DNA of 64,000 nucleotides from Minisyncoccia bacterium (GTDB lineage: Bacteria > Patescibacteriota > Minisyncoccia > Phycocordibacterales > UBA5272), in the NCBI GenBank assembly GCA_038256975.1, contig JBBSJU010000002.1, positions 65,064 to 129,063 of the forward strand. Direction: 5' to 3'. The notes beneath the pieces were generated by a model, which saw nothing but the letters and a program-made list of their open reading frames with translations, was not told the DNA's origin and did no database searches. Below are positions 52,939 through 62,593 of the stretch, one piece after another (the first letter of the stretch is position 1; each line of letters begins with the position of its first letter). The translations under genes and the position numbers were made by a program.

Positions 52939-52965
52939 CGCGTCGCCCCAACCTAGGGCGACGCG

Positions 52966-53625
52966 TTATTTTTTTGAGCTATTTTTCCACTCTTCTATTT
53001 TTTTATGATCACCTGAAAGAAGAACATCTGGGACTTTGTATTTTTTATTTTTCCAAACAAATGTTTCTGGTCGAGTGTATGTTTCGTGAGCTGATATTCT
53101 ATTTTCTTCAGGTGAAAGATTATTACCAAGAACGCCGTCTATATGGCGTGATACGGCATCAATTACAATCATCGCAGGTAACTCCCCTCCCGTGAGTACA
53201 TATTCACCAATACTCCACTCCTCTGCTTTGAGAATCTTTTTTACTCGAGCATCAACACCTTCATATCTACCGCAAATAAGAATAATGTCAGTTATTTTTT
53301 TTGTGATAAGTTCACGAGCAATAGTATTTGTGAATTGTGTTCCTCCAGGTGAAAAAATAATTGTTTTAACTTTTGTCTTTTTGTAGCGAACAATCTTTTT
53401 TTGTATTTTTTCGACTGCACGCAAAATAGGATCCGGCGTCATCACCATTCCGGGTCCTCCGCCATACGGCCTGTCGTCTACTCGTTTCCACTTGTCCTTA
53501 CTTTCAGCGCGGGGATTATAAAAGAACCACGACACTTTTTTTGCTTCCTTTGCACGCTTTAAAATTGAGTCGGAAAGGTACGACTCAAACATGTTGGGAA
53601 AAAGGGTTATAACGTGAAAACGCAT
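52966..53625 (-). CDS. trmD: tRNA (guanine37-N1)-methyltransferase
   Basis: MRFHVITLFPNMFESYL, DDRPYGGGPGMVM. Confidence 0.85.
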   Translation of the reverse strand: MRFHVITLFPNMFESYLSDSILKRAKEAKKVSWFFYNPRAESKDKWKRVDDRPYGGGPGMVMTPDPILRAVEKIQKKIVRYKKTKVKTIIFSPGGTQFTNTIARELITKKITDIILICGRYEGVDARVKKILKAEEWSIGEYVLTGGELPAMIVIDAVSRHIDGVLGNNLSPEENRISAHETYTRPETFVWKNKKYKVPDVLLSGDHKKIEEWKNSSKK

Positions 53626-53677
53626 ATATTTCCCTACTATACACAAAAACCACCTTTTTGTGGTGGTTTTTGAGGGT

Positions 53678-54001
53678 TTAAAGGCCTTTAATTTCTTGCA
53701 TTACCTGCTCTACCGTGGGTACTTCTGGAGTTGTTTGTTTGGCTACCGTTCTTTCGCTTCCAGCCGGCTCGTTAATCTTAAGGTTTACTCGCGCGTTGTT
53801 TTTCATTCCAACGACTCGGAGAATGGTACGCAACGCTTTCGCTGTTGCCCCTTCTTTTCCAATGACCTTGCCCATATCAGCAGGATTGATATCAAGAGTA
53901 AGGAGTACTCCCATCTCATCAACTTTTCGAGCTACTTGTACATCATCCGGATTGTCTACTAATGCCTTTACTACCGTTTCGAGAAATACTTTGTCTTCCA
54001 T
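53678..54001 (-). CDS. KH-domain RNA-binding protein (YlqC/UPF0109-like)
   Basis: MEDKVFLETVVKALVDNPDDVQV...MGKVIGKEGATAKALRTILRVVG. The start is taken at the internal Met to match family length. Confidence 0.55.
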   Translation of the reverse strand: MEDKVFLETVVKALVDNPDDVQVARKVDEMGVLLTLDINPADMGKVIGKEGATAKALRTILRVVGMKNNARVNLKINEPAGSERTVAKQTTPEVPTVEQVMQEIKGL

Positions 54002-54115
54002 AGGGTTGTGTATGTTATAGAGCGTTTGTAAGCACGCGCTTACGCAGTACATAATATCTTGCTCACGTGCTTTGGTCAAACAAAAACATCTGCGCGAGGC
54101 AGATGTTCTGGAGAT

Positions 54116-54406
54116 TTATTTTTTCTTAACTTCTTTTTTCTTTGAAGGGAGAAGGTTTCGCTTTTTACCTTCGATAACACCCTTGTTTATAAGGAGATTA
54201 AATACAGTATCAGATGGTTTTGCACCAACAGAAAGCCAGTGTTTTACTCGTTCTACATTTGGATTAAACACGCCCATTTTAACATTGTATGTTCCAACGG
54301 TTTCCACCGCCTTTCCTGACTGAGCTGCGTTCTTTGAGTCAGTTGCAACAAGCCGAAAGTGCGGGTCGTTTTTTCGTCCTATTCTTTGAAGTCTTAGTGT
54401 AAGCAT
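54116..54406 (-). CDS. rpsP: 30S ribosomal protein S16
   Basis: MLTLRLQRIGRKNDPHFRLV. Confidence 0.85.
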   Translation of the reverse strand: MLTLRLQRIGRKNDPHFRLVATDSKNAAQSGKAVETVGTYNVKMGVFNPNVERVKHWLSVGAKPSDTVFNLLINKGVIEGKKRNLLPSKKKEVKKK

Positions 54407-54428
54407 GGGTTATAAAATACCTGAAAAT

Positions 54429-56381
54429 TTACTTTGAGTCAATAACACGAGCGTAATCAATAAGGCGCTCCTCGATATTTACCCCCTTGACCTGAATCTT
54501 CATTTCATCACCTAATTTAAAGATTTGTCCACTATTCTCTCCATAAATGAGGTCTTTCTTTTCATCATACATGTAAAAATCAGACCCAAGATCACGGAGC
54601 TTTATCATTCCCTCGCATTTTGTGGCAGAATCCTCAACGTAGATTCCCCATTGTGACACACCAGAGACAACCCCATTGAATGTCTGACCTATACGGACTG
54701 ACATATAGAGTACCTGCATGTATTTTACAGAACCTCGTTCAGCATCAGCAGCCTCTTTTTCTCGGAATGAACAATGTGCACAAAGTTCTTCGTAGAATTT
54801 TTTAGCCGAAGCTTGGGTACGTTCGCCTGCTAAATATACCGCAAGAAGTCGATGCGCCATAGTGTCTGGATAGCGACGAATGGGCGAAGTAAAGTGTGAG
54901 TAAAAATCAAATGCAAGCCCATAGTGACCGACATTATCGGTACTATATATCGCTTTCTGCATTGCTCGAGTTACATATACCTGCAAGAGTCCACCCTCTT
55001 TTGTTCCTTCAAGCGAAGAAAGAATTTTATTTATATCTTTTGATGGCACAAGGCCGTTGGTGAAATTAATAGGATGCCCGGCATTCCGTAAAATATTAGC
55101 AAGCTTGAGCATACGATCTTCGTCTGGCTCTGGATGGACGCGGTATATGAAAGTATGTTCTTGTGGGTTTGGAAGATTTGAAACGTATGTTGCAACACCT
55201 TTGTTTGCAGAGAGCATCCATTCTTCAATCATTTTATGTGTGTCACCGCGAACTTTTTTATAAACAGAAACAGGAAATCCTTTATCATCAAGTTTGAATT
55301 TCACCTCTTCTGTCTCAAGTGAAAGAGCTCCATTTTCAAAACGACGTTTTTGGATTTTTTTCGCTAAAACATTCAGCGTATTGAGTGCTTCATAATGAAG
55401 TCCACCGCCGGCATCTAAAATTTCCTGCGCTTCTTCATAGGAGAATCTTTTTTGAGAATGAATCACTGATCGCCCAAACCAGCTTCCCACCATTTCCGCA
55501 TTTTCATTTACCTCAAAGACTGCGCTAAACGTAAGACGATCTTTTCCTTCTACTAAACTACAAAGATTATTTGAGAGCACTTCAGGAAGCATGGGAATGA
55601 CACGGTCTACAAGATACACCGATGTTGCACGAAGTTTTGCTTCTTTATCGAGTGCAGTACCTTCGCGGACATAGTGGGACACGTCGGCGATATGAACTCC
55701 TACTTCATAATTTCCATTTGGAAGTTTTTGGAATGAAAGTGCATCGTCAAAGTCTTTTGCATCAAATGGGTCTATGGTGCAGGTCAGTACATTTCTAAAA
55801 TCTCTTCGATCCTTGAGGTCTTCTTCAGTGATACCTTTTTCTTCAATTTGTCGTGCTTCTTCCTCTACGTCTATAGGAAAACTAGTGTTAAAACCTCGCT
55901 CAAGCGCGTATGCCGAGACTTCAGCGTCGTTGTTGCCCGGTTTACCTAAGACAGTGTGTATTGCTCCCCACGGGCTTTTTTTAGAGTCAGTCCACTCAGT
56001 GATTTTTGCGAATACTTTTTGCCCCGCCTCCGCACCATTGAGCGCAGATTCTGGAATCATGATTTCCGTGTACATTTTTGCATCCTGGGCTTTTACAAAG
56101 TACACCCCTTTTTCTTTGAAAAGAGTCCCTGCAAAACCATGTTTGCTTCTACGAATAACCTCAAGTACTTCTCCGACAAATTGCCCAAACTTATTCTTAC
56201 CTGTTATTTTTACTCGTACTGCATCACCGTGAAGGGCTGTGTTGAGATCGTGTTGCGGTATTTCAACACTTTGTTCAAGGGTGAGCACTTTTACAAACCC
56301 AAAACCTTTTGTATTGATCCCAATTGTTCCTTCGAGTTCATCGCCGTATTGTGGAGTGATGAATGATTGTGTTTTGGCCAT
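54429..56381 (-). CDS. rnr: ribonuclease R / exoribonuclease II family (RNB + S1)
   Basis: Cold-shock-like N-terminus, RNB catalytic region (HYGLAFDFYSHFTSPIRRYPD), C-terminal S1. Confidence 0.85.
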   Translation of the reverse strand: MAKTQSFITPQYGDELEGTIGINTKGFGFVKVLTLEQSVEIPQHDLNTALHGDAVRVKITGKNKFGQFVGEVLEVIRRSKHGFAGTLFKEKGVYFVKAQDAKMYTEIMIPESALNGAEAGQKVFAKITEWTDSKKSPWGAIHTVLGKPGNNDAEVSAYALERGFNTSFPIDVEEEARQIEEKGITEEDLKDRRDFRNVLTCTIDPFDAKDFDDALSFQKLPNGNYEVGVHIADVSHYVREGTALDKEAKLRATSVYLVDRVIPMLPEVLSNNLCSLVEGKDRLTFSAVFEVNENAEMVGSWFGRSVIHSQKRFSYEEAQEILDAGGGLHYEALNTLNVLAKKIQKRRFENGALSLETEEVKFKLDDKGFPVSVYKKVRGDTHKMIEEWMLSANKGVATYVSNLPNPQEHTFIYRVHPEPDEDRMLKLANILRNAGHPINFTNGLVPSKDINKILSSLEGTKEGGLLQVYVTRAMQKAIYSTDNVGHYGLAFDFYSHFTSPIRRYPDTMAHRLLAVYLAGERTQASAKKFYEELCAHCSFREKEAADAERGSVKYMQVLYMSVRIGQTFNGVVSGVSQWGIYVEDSATKCEGMIKLRDLGSDFYMYDEKKDLIYGENSGQIFKLGDEMKIQVKGVNIEERLIDYARVIDSK

Positions 56382-56403
56382 AATTACCCCTTAGTATACC
56401 TGA

Positions 56404-57459
56404 TTATTGATTTATCAATTCCTCCAGTGTTTCCGACACATTTACTAGACCTCCTTTTTTAATGTTATTCACAACACTGTGAATAATAGCACCGCCAAGT
56501 AAGCAGAGTGTCTTTTCTATTTCAATGGGTGTAAGTTCGTATTTGTTGCCTTTAAAAGTAATTGGAAATCCATTATTTACGAAAGTTATGTTTTTATACA
56601 AAACATCTTTATGAATTTCATCACCAGTACGAAATGGTGACACAGAGAATTCTCTGTCAGAAGAAGAAACGCTTATCAAGTATATATTTTTATTAGAGAT
56701 AAGTTTATAGATTTCCTCTTTTGATAATATATTTGATCCGGTGGCACCAACTATAACATCGGGTTCTTTATCTAAAATAAAAGAAATAAGTTCTTTGTGT
56801 CCTTGTTTTGTATCAAAACCAACAACGTTAAAATTATTTTGTTTGAAAATCTCAAAAATTGCTTCTCCAATAGGCCCAAGACCGACAATTAGTATTGCTG
56901 GCTTATAAACTTTCTCTGATAAGTAATCATTTATCCTTTCAAAACACAATCGAGCAATAAGCGGACTTTCTTGAATTAATTTTATTGATGATCTGGCAAC
57001 ATTTATGACAGGAAATGAAGGTTGACTATTCTCAAGTTTTCTGAAACCAGAAGATGTCTGTTCAACGGCAAAAAGTATATTCTCTCTTTCTTGAAATACT
57101 TTTATAAGTTCTGCACCATCATCAAGTAAAATAACTTCTGCTTTTTCTGGTATTACTTTTAATAAATTTTCACAGTTATTCCTGTGTTCTTCATCAAAAG
57201 AGGATCCTAGAAACTTTGGCTGTATAACAGTTACACCTATTTTTTCGATCTCTTTTACTACATTTTTGTTCGTAGAATATGCCTTACCGAGAAGAATTAT
57301 TTTTGTAGGTTCAAATCCAAAATCAATAAGTAATTCAAACATTTTCAACTGTGGTCCAAGAATGTGCTGACAACAAACAAGATAGACATTAGATATATCC
57401 TTCTGATGATTTTTGAAATGTTTAAAAACTTTATTTAATAATGGATATTGATAACTCAT
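56404..57459 (-). CDS. Rossmann-fold NAD-binding protein with an S-adenosylhomocysteine-hydrolase-like layout; function uncertain
   Basis: ILIVGLGPIGEAIF (GxGxxG) followed by VGATGSNILSKEE...NKNIYLISVSS parallels the AdoHcyase NAD domain (VTTTGC..IVCNIGHFD). 351 aa, which is shorter than canonical AdoHcyase. Confidence 0.3.
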   Translation of the reverse strand: MSYQYPLLNKVFKHFKNHQKDISNVYLVCCQHILGPQLKMFELLIDFGFEPTKIILLGKAYSTNKNVVKEIEKIGVTVIQPKFLGSSFDEEHRNNCENLLKVIPEKAEVILLDDGAELIKVFQERENILFAVEQTSSGFRKLENSQPSFPVINVARSSIKLIQESPLIARLCFERINDYLSEKVYKPAILIVGLGPIGEAIFEIFKQNNFNVVGFDTKQGHKELISFILDKEPDVIVGATGSNILSKEEIYKLISNKNIYLISVSSSDREFSVSPFRTGDEIHKDVLYKNITFVNNGFPITFKGNKYELTPIEIEKTLCLLGGAIIHSVVNNIKKGGLVNVSETLEELINQ

Positions 57460-57472
57460 ATAATCCCATATT

Positions 57473-59755
57473 CTATTTCGCGTATGCGTTTGCTTCGTCG
57501 AGTTTTACTGAAAGAATACGTGAAGATCCGTCAGCATCAAGGGTTACGCCATAGAGTGAGTGCGTGCGGGCCATTGTTTCTCGATTATGAGTGATCACAA
57601 TGAGTTTTGAATGTGCACTGAGCTCATTTAACACTGCGCCGTATTTCTTAGCGTTTGACTCATCAAGTGCGGCATCTGTTTCATCGAGAATCAAAAATGG
57701 TGGCGGATTTACCTGAGAAAGTGCAAAGAGAAGTGCAATTGAGGCGAGCGCCCTTTCTCCACCGGAGAGCATGGCAATATCTTTCACTTTTTTATGAGGA
57801 AGCGACACAGTCACATCAATGCCAGTTTCTGTTTCCTTTTCTGCATCATCTACATCTTCTTCCGTGTCAGATTTTCTTTGACGTTTTTCTTTCTCAATCA
57901 AATCAAGCTTTGCTTCCCCGCCTCCAAACATAGTGTGGAAGAATTTTTGGAAATGATTGTTAATAGTTGCGAGACCTGTTTCAAATTGTGTCGCCAGAGT
58001 TGTGCGGAGTTCCTCCATGACTTGCTCTAGTTTTTCTTTACTTGTTTCAAGGTCTCGGATTTCGTTTGATAAAAATTCATCACGCCCACTTACTGATTCA
58101 TATTCTTTTGTCACCTCGTCAACATTCACGAAGCCAATGTCTTCAATGCGAAGTTTGAGACGTTCGATCTTTTTTCGGTGTTCGTCTTGTGTGTGAGGGT
58201 CAAAAGGGGTAAGGGTGGTGTTTTTGTATTGTAAAACAGATGCTCCAATGAGTACGGACGCTTCGGCAAGCTCAGCTTCAAAGCGTTCTTTTCGTTCGCG
58301 GAGCTGGGTTATTTTGAGCTCTGTAAGAGAAAGTTTTCCTTGGAGTTCTGCTTGTAGACGTTCAAGTTCAAAAACTCGACGTTCGTCTACGAAAGCATTT
58401 TCTTTGTACGAATCTTTTGCTTCCTCTGCTTGTTTCTTTTGTGCGAGTGCTTTTTCAAGCTCATGCGTGATACGTGTTTGGTCTTCAGTGGCCACACGTA
58501 AGTCTTCTTTGAGTTTTTGGACGGAAAGAAGTAGTTCCTTAGTGTCTACTTTTTGAACAGCAGATTGTGTATGTGGAGCATTCTCTAAGAAAGACTCAAA
58601 AGAATGAAGACGTGCTTTGAGTAAGTTGAAAAGCGCAGGAAGCTCTTGAAACTCTTTGTGTTCATAACGCCAAATAACCTTTTCGTGTATTTCTTTAATA
58701 GATGAAGCAAATTCCGCAACTTCTTTTTTTGAAACGTGCCCATCTTCGCTCAGTTGTATTTTCTCCGCTTCCCCACTGTGTGTTTTTTCGATATTTTTTT
58801 CTAAAATACGAAGCTCTGTTTCAAGCGAAATAACAGAACGAATAATGATATTTTTTTCCTGTTCATATTTTCTAATTGCTTCCTCAGCCCGAACTAAGTT
58901 CGTAGTTATTTCTGTTGGAAGCGCTACCTGTTTTTTGTTCGTATGTTCGGTGATTTCTTGAGTGATTTTTCCGAGCTCTTTTTTAAGACCCTCAAATGTG
59001 TGCGGCTCTTTAGACTCTAGATCATGAATATACGCTTCTTCTTGTGCGAGATAGGTGTGATAGAGACCCGAAAGCTCACTCCGAAGCTCTGTCCCCTTTT
59101 GAACTTTATCAATTTGTTTTTTGAGAAATTGTACGTGCGGGGCTATTTCACGGCGACTTATTTGTGCCTCGCGCATGTTTTCAAGAACTGTCGCAAGCTT
59201 TTTTTCGCTTTCTTTGAGACGCCACTCGTAGATACGCAGACCAAGCGCGTCCTGAACCATTTCCTTACGCTCTTTTACCGATGAGTGCAGTACCCTGTCG
59301 GCTTCGCCTTGAGAAATAATGTGGTGATGGGATGTGCCAATGTTGTTATGTGCAAGGAGTTCCTGAATGTCCTTCAAGCGCACTTTCGTACCATTGATTG
59401 AGTAGTCGTTTGTTCCATCAGCAAATATTTCTCGCCCGAGCACTATTTCAGGAAAAGATGCATAGGTAGAATCGTTTGTGTCTTGAGCATTATTTTTGAA
59501 GGTAAGATCGACTCTCGCGCGTGACATCTGCCCTAGACCTTTAGAGCCTTTAAAGATGAGGTCACTGCCTGTTTTTCCACGCATTGATTTAACTGATTGC
59601 TCGCCAAGTACAAACCGAAATGCTTCAGCAACGTTTGATTTACCCGATCCGTTTGGACCCACGATTCCTGTCACCGAACTATCAATACGAAATGTCGTTT
59701 TTTTTGCAAACGATTTAAATCCAGTGAGTTCTATTTTCGTGAGTTCCATGATCAA
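57473..59755 (-). CDS. SMC-family chromosome segregation ATPase, short form (760 aa, no evident hinge)
   Basis: N-terminal Walker A GPNGSGKSN, long coiled-coil middle, C-terminal LSGGERALASIALLFAL, and LILDETDAALD. Confidence 0.7.
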   Translation of the reverse strand: MIMELTKIELTGFKSFAKKTTFRIDSSVTGIVGPNGSGKSNVAEAFRFVLGEQSVKSMRGKTGSDLIFKGSKGLGQMSRARVDLTFKNNAQDTNDSTYASFPEIVLGREIFADGTNDYSINGTKVRLKDIQELLAHNNIGTSHHHIISQGEADRVLHSSVKERKEMVQDALGLRIYEWRLKESEKKLATVLENMREAQISRREIAPHVQFLKKQIDKVQKGTELRSELSGLYHTYLAQEEAYIHDLESKEPHTFEGLKKELGKITQEITEHTNKKQVALPTEITTNLVRAEEAIRKYEQEKNIIIRSVISLETELRILEKNIEKTHSGEAEKIQLSEDGHVSKKEVAEFASSIKEIHEKVIWRYEHKEFQELPALFNLLKARLHSFESFLENAPHTQSAVQKVDTKELLLSVQKLKEDLRVATEDQTRITHELEKALAQKKQAEEAKDSYKENAFVDERRVFELERLQAELQGKLSLTELKITQLRERKERFEAELAEASVLIGASVLQYKNTTLTPFDPHTQDEHRKKIERLKLRIEDIGFVNVDEVTKEYESVSGRDEFLSNEIRDLETSKEKLEQVMEELRTTLATQFETGLATINNHFQKFFHTMFGGGEAKLDLIEKEKRQRKSDTEEDVDDAEKETETGIDVTVSLPHKKVKDIAMLSGGERALASIALLFALSQVNPPPFLILDETDAALDESNAKKYGAVLNELSAHSKLIVITHNRETMARTHSLYGVTLDADGSSRILSVKLDEANAYAK

Positions 59756-59761
59756 TCTTGG

Positions 59762-60343
59762 TTACATTGTATCAAAAGTACCCCTTTTGTTTTTAATAAA
59801 GAGCATAAGGATAATAACAAGCAAAAGTGTTGTGATTGCCATGAATGGAATTGTGATGAATCCATACTCAAGAATTTCTGTTTGGCTACACGAAGGAAGA
59901 ATTGCATTTGCGCTGCAAGGCACAAGTCCGTCTGCTGTACTTTGAGAACCATACATTGCAATCATGTGGATTATCCAGTGGTATATAGAGACAAGGAGTC
60001 CTGCACTTGCAAGTAGGATAATATACGGTTTAATCAGTTTTTCTTTTCGCCACGCAGCAACACCCAGAAGTAAAATCATTGGATATATTGCAATTCTTTG
60101 ATACCAACAAAAATCACATACCGCAAAAAGATAAAGGTTTGAATACGTAAGTGCGCCAAAGGTGGCAAAGAGACTGATAAGAAAAGCAAAAACAAGCGCA
60201 TTCTCATTCAATTGTGCCCGTACCCATTCGGTATACGGTAATACGTAGCTAAAGCGGAAGATAAAAAGGATAACAATAAGTGGAATGGACAAGAGTACTA
60301 AAGTACTCACAATGTCAGTAAATAACGCTTCAGGCATATGCAT
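59762..60343 (-). CDS. disulfide bond formation protein B (DsbB/BdbC family)
   Basis: CDFCWYQRIAIYP matches the BdbC C-x-x-C-W-Y-Q-R motif. Four TM helices and a second Cys pair. The start is taken at the internal Met to avoid overlap with the divergent gene. Confidence 0.6.
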   Translation of the reverse strand: MHMPEALFTDIVSTLVLLSIPLIVILFIFRFSYVLPYTEWVRAQLNENALVFAFLISLFATFGALTYSNLYLFAVCDFCWYQRIAIYPMILLLGVAAWRKEKLIKPYIILLASAGLLVSIYHWIIHMIAMYGSQSTADGLVPCSANAILPSCSQTEILEYGFITIPFMAITTLLLVIILMLFIKNKRGTFDTM

Positions 60344-60403
60344 GAAGTATACCGCTATAATGCAAAAATTTACAGCGGGAACTTTTTCCAGTATAAAGAA
60401 ATT

Positions 60404-61165
60404 ATGAAAATAGGATTTGTTGGAAAAGGTGGCAGTGGAAAGTCGACCCTCTCGACCCTTTTTGTGAAGTACCTTGAGCAATCTGGGAAAAAGGTTCTAG
60501 CTATAGACGCTGACTACAACATGGACCTCACTAATAATCTCAAAGGTCCAAAAGAGATGTGTTTTATTGGTGCAGGAATGCCGGACGTCTTGGCGCACAT
60601 AGAAAAAGGATACAACACTGCTCATGTGCATGGTCCGGAGTGTAAACATGAACACGAATTACTTGTGAGTCCTGAGTTCGCACTTTCTCCTCTTGATGCT
60701 GTATCTGAAAAGTATTCTTTTCCAGTAAGTGAGCATGTGCGTCTTATGAGTGCGGGGCCTATTACCAAGGCTATGCTTCAGTCGCAAAATTGTAATCATG
60801 AGCTTATTGAAGCACTCAAAGTATATCTTCCCTTTTTGAAATTACAAGAAAATGAGTTCGCTGTTATTGACGAGCGTGCCGGTATTGATGGTTTAAGTAC
60901 AGGAGTAACAAGTGGTTTTGATGTTGCAATTGTAGTTGTTGAGGCCACAGAAAACAGTATGCGAGTGGGAAAACAGATTATTGATCTCCTTGAATTTTTT
61001 GGCACCAAGTATTTATTTGTTCTGAATAAAGTTGTTGATGAAGCGAAAGAGGTGGATATGTTTATAGATTTTTACAAAAATGTTCCCGACATTATTGTGC
61101 CGTTTGAACGCGAACCAGGACTTACTTTTGCGGAAAAGATTTTAGAGAAAGTTAGACGAGAATAA
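60404..61165 (+). CDS. P-loop ATPase of the MinD/ParA/Mrp/CooC superfamily
   Basis: Deviant Walker A MKIGFVGKGGSGKST. Walker B region VIDERAGI. Confidence 0.6.
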   Translation: MKIGFVGKGGSGKSTLSTLFVKYLEQSGKKVLAIDADYNMDLTNNLKGPKEMCFIGAGMPDVLAHIEKGYNTAHVHGPECKHEHELLVSPEFALSPLDAVSEKYSFPVSEHVRLMSAGPITKAMLQSQNCNHELIEALKVYLPFLKLQENEFAVIDERAGIDGLSTGVTSGFDVAIVVVEATENSMRVGKQIIDLLEFFGTKYLFVLNKVVDEAKEVDMFIDFYKNVPDIIVPFEREPGLTFAEKILEKVRRE

Positions 61166-61220
61166 AAGGAGTACATAATTGACACAGCGATATATTGTGT
61201 TATAGTGTCTTTTATCCGCA

Positions 61221-61463
61221 ATGACGCGGTGTAAAGAGGTCTTTCCAATGAAAACTTTCAGTAAAATTTTCGTGGTTGCCGGGCTGTTTGCTCTTACTTT
61301 CATCCTGGTTTCCAGTGGTTACGCAATTGTTTCCGACCGTAGTTTTTTCGCCGCTGCTGGCACAGTTGCCCTCTGGCTGTTCACAGCTCTGGCTTTCTTG
61401 ACCCTCTTTTTTTCCACCTGGCTGACAACCACAGACGGTCGCCGCGCCGCTTTGGGGCTGTAG
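61221..61463 (+). CDS. hypothetical small membrane protein
   Basis: 80 aa, two TM helices. Confidence 0.35.
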   Translation: MTRCKEVFPMKTFSKIFVVAGLFALTFILVSSGYAIVSDRSFFAAAGTVALWLFTALAFLTLFFSTWLTTTDGRRAALGL

Positions 61464-61465
61464 CC

Positions 61466-61858
61466 ATGGACGATTACATCGGGCGTCTTATGGAAGCCAA
61501 AAGTTCACACGAGACTCAGAGTGTTCTGGTTTACATCACCACTTCCGGTGATGTAAATGATCCAGACCTCCTGTTCAACGCCCTTCTCTTTGGTTTTCGA
61601 CTTCGTGAAAACCAAAAGCGTGGTGCAAACAAAATGTTGATCATGCCTGAAAAAGTATTGATTAACCTCGGTTGTAAGATAATTGAAAAGACGCAGTCAC
61701 CTTTTCACCTTGTGGATCTTATGGAAAAGGTCCCGATCCTACAGGATCTGGTGGTTGATAAGTTTAAAAAGGTCATACCTTTCACGAGTCAGTTCGTGAA
61801 GGAAATGATTTTGGAAAATCGACACCTTCGGCCAGAGCTAAAAAGGATGTTCAGGTAG
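61466..61858 (+). CDS. hypothetical protein
   Basis: 130-aa ORF, 2 nt after the previous stop. Confidence 0.35.
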   Translation: MDDYIGRLMEAKSSHETQSVLVYITTSGDVNDPDLLFNALLFGFRLRENQKRGANKMLIMPEKVLINLGCKIIEKTQSPFHLVDLMEKVPILQDLVVDKFKKVIPFTSQFVKEMILENRHLRPELKRMFR

Positions 61859-61867
61859 GTGCCTTCC

Positions 61868-61906
61868 GCCCCCAACACAAGGATGTGTGGTTTGGGGGTT
61901 TTTTGT
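61868..61906 (+). terminator. intrinsic terminator
   Basis: CCCCCAACACA...TGTGGTTTGGGGG, then TTTTTTG. Confidence 0.55.
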
Positions 61907-62097
61907 AATTAAAATAATCAGATATAATAAACATGACGATATGAATACAAACCTCAGACTCGCTACCTCCTTAATAGTTGTTACTTCTGCACTTTACGGC
62001 GTGTACATATTTATTCAGTAATTTTTTAGTCGATTTCCTTCCAGGATTTTTTTAAAGGTGTACAATAGTAGTAGGCGGTTTCGCCTTCATAATATAT

Positions 62098-62532
62098 ATG
62101 TCTTATTTAGCGCGTTTTCATAATAAAAGTACAGGACTTCTTCTTATCCGAATAGCTCTTGGACTTGTGTTTGTGTATCATGGATGGGGAAAGGTATCTG
62201 ATATGTCTATGACTATCGGATTTTTCGGATCTCTTGGGCTTGCGCCAATTTGGGCGTACGTAACAGCTTGGGTAGAGCTCCTCGGCGGACTCCTCATGCT
62301 TGCGGGCGTTTGGGTGCGTGAAGTAGCAGTTCTTTTTGTTATTGTAATGCTTGTTGCTATTTTCAAAGTTCACTTGGCAAATGGTTTTAACTTTATGCAG
62401 GGTGGGTATGAATTTCAACTAGTTCTCCTTCTTGCCTCACTTGCGATGGTGTTTACAGGTGCTGGAAAGTACGCCTTTTTGAAAAGCAAATCGTGTCCAA
62501 ACTGCAAAGACGGTGTGTGCATGTGTAAGTAG
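62098..62532 (+). CDS. DoxX-family membrane protein with C-terminal Cys-rich tail
   Basis: LLIRIALGLVFVYHGWGKV (DoxX). Tail CPNCKDGVCMCK. Confidence 0.65.
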   Translation: MSYLARFHNKSTGLLLIRIALGLVFVYHGWGKVSDMSMTIGFFGSLGLAPIWAYVTAWVELLGGLLMLAGVWVREVAVLFVIVMLVAIFKVHLANGFNFMQGGYEFQLVLLLASLAMVFTGAGKYAFLKSKSCPNCKDGVCMCK

Positions 62533-62554
62533 TTTTTCAAGTAGTGTAAAAAAT

Positions 62555-62586
62555 AAAATCCGCAAGCAGCGGATTTTATTTTTTTA
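62555..62586. terminator. bidirectional terminator
   Basis: AAAATCCGC aagca GCGGATTTT, then ATTTTTTT. Confidence 0.65.
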
Positions 62587-62593
62587 ACTTACT

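Noticed and set aside
60338-60403. Upstream start (60338) for the P-loop ATPase
   Set aside because: It would overlap the divergent DsbB-like gene. The deviant Walker A (KGGSGKST) sits at residue 8 from the internal ATG 60404, as is usual for MinD/ParA-type ATPases.
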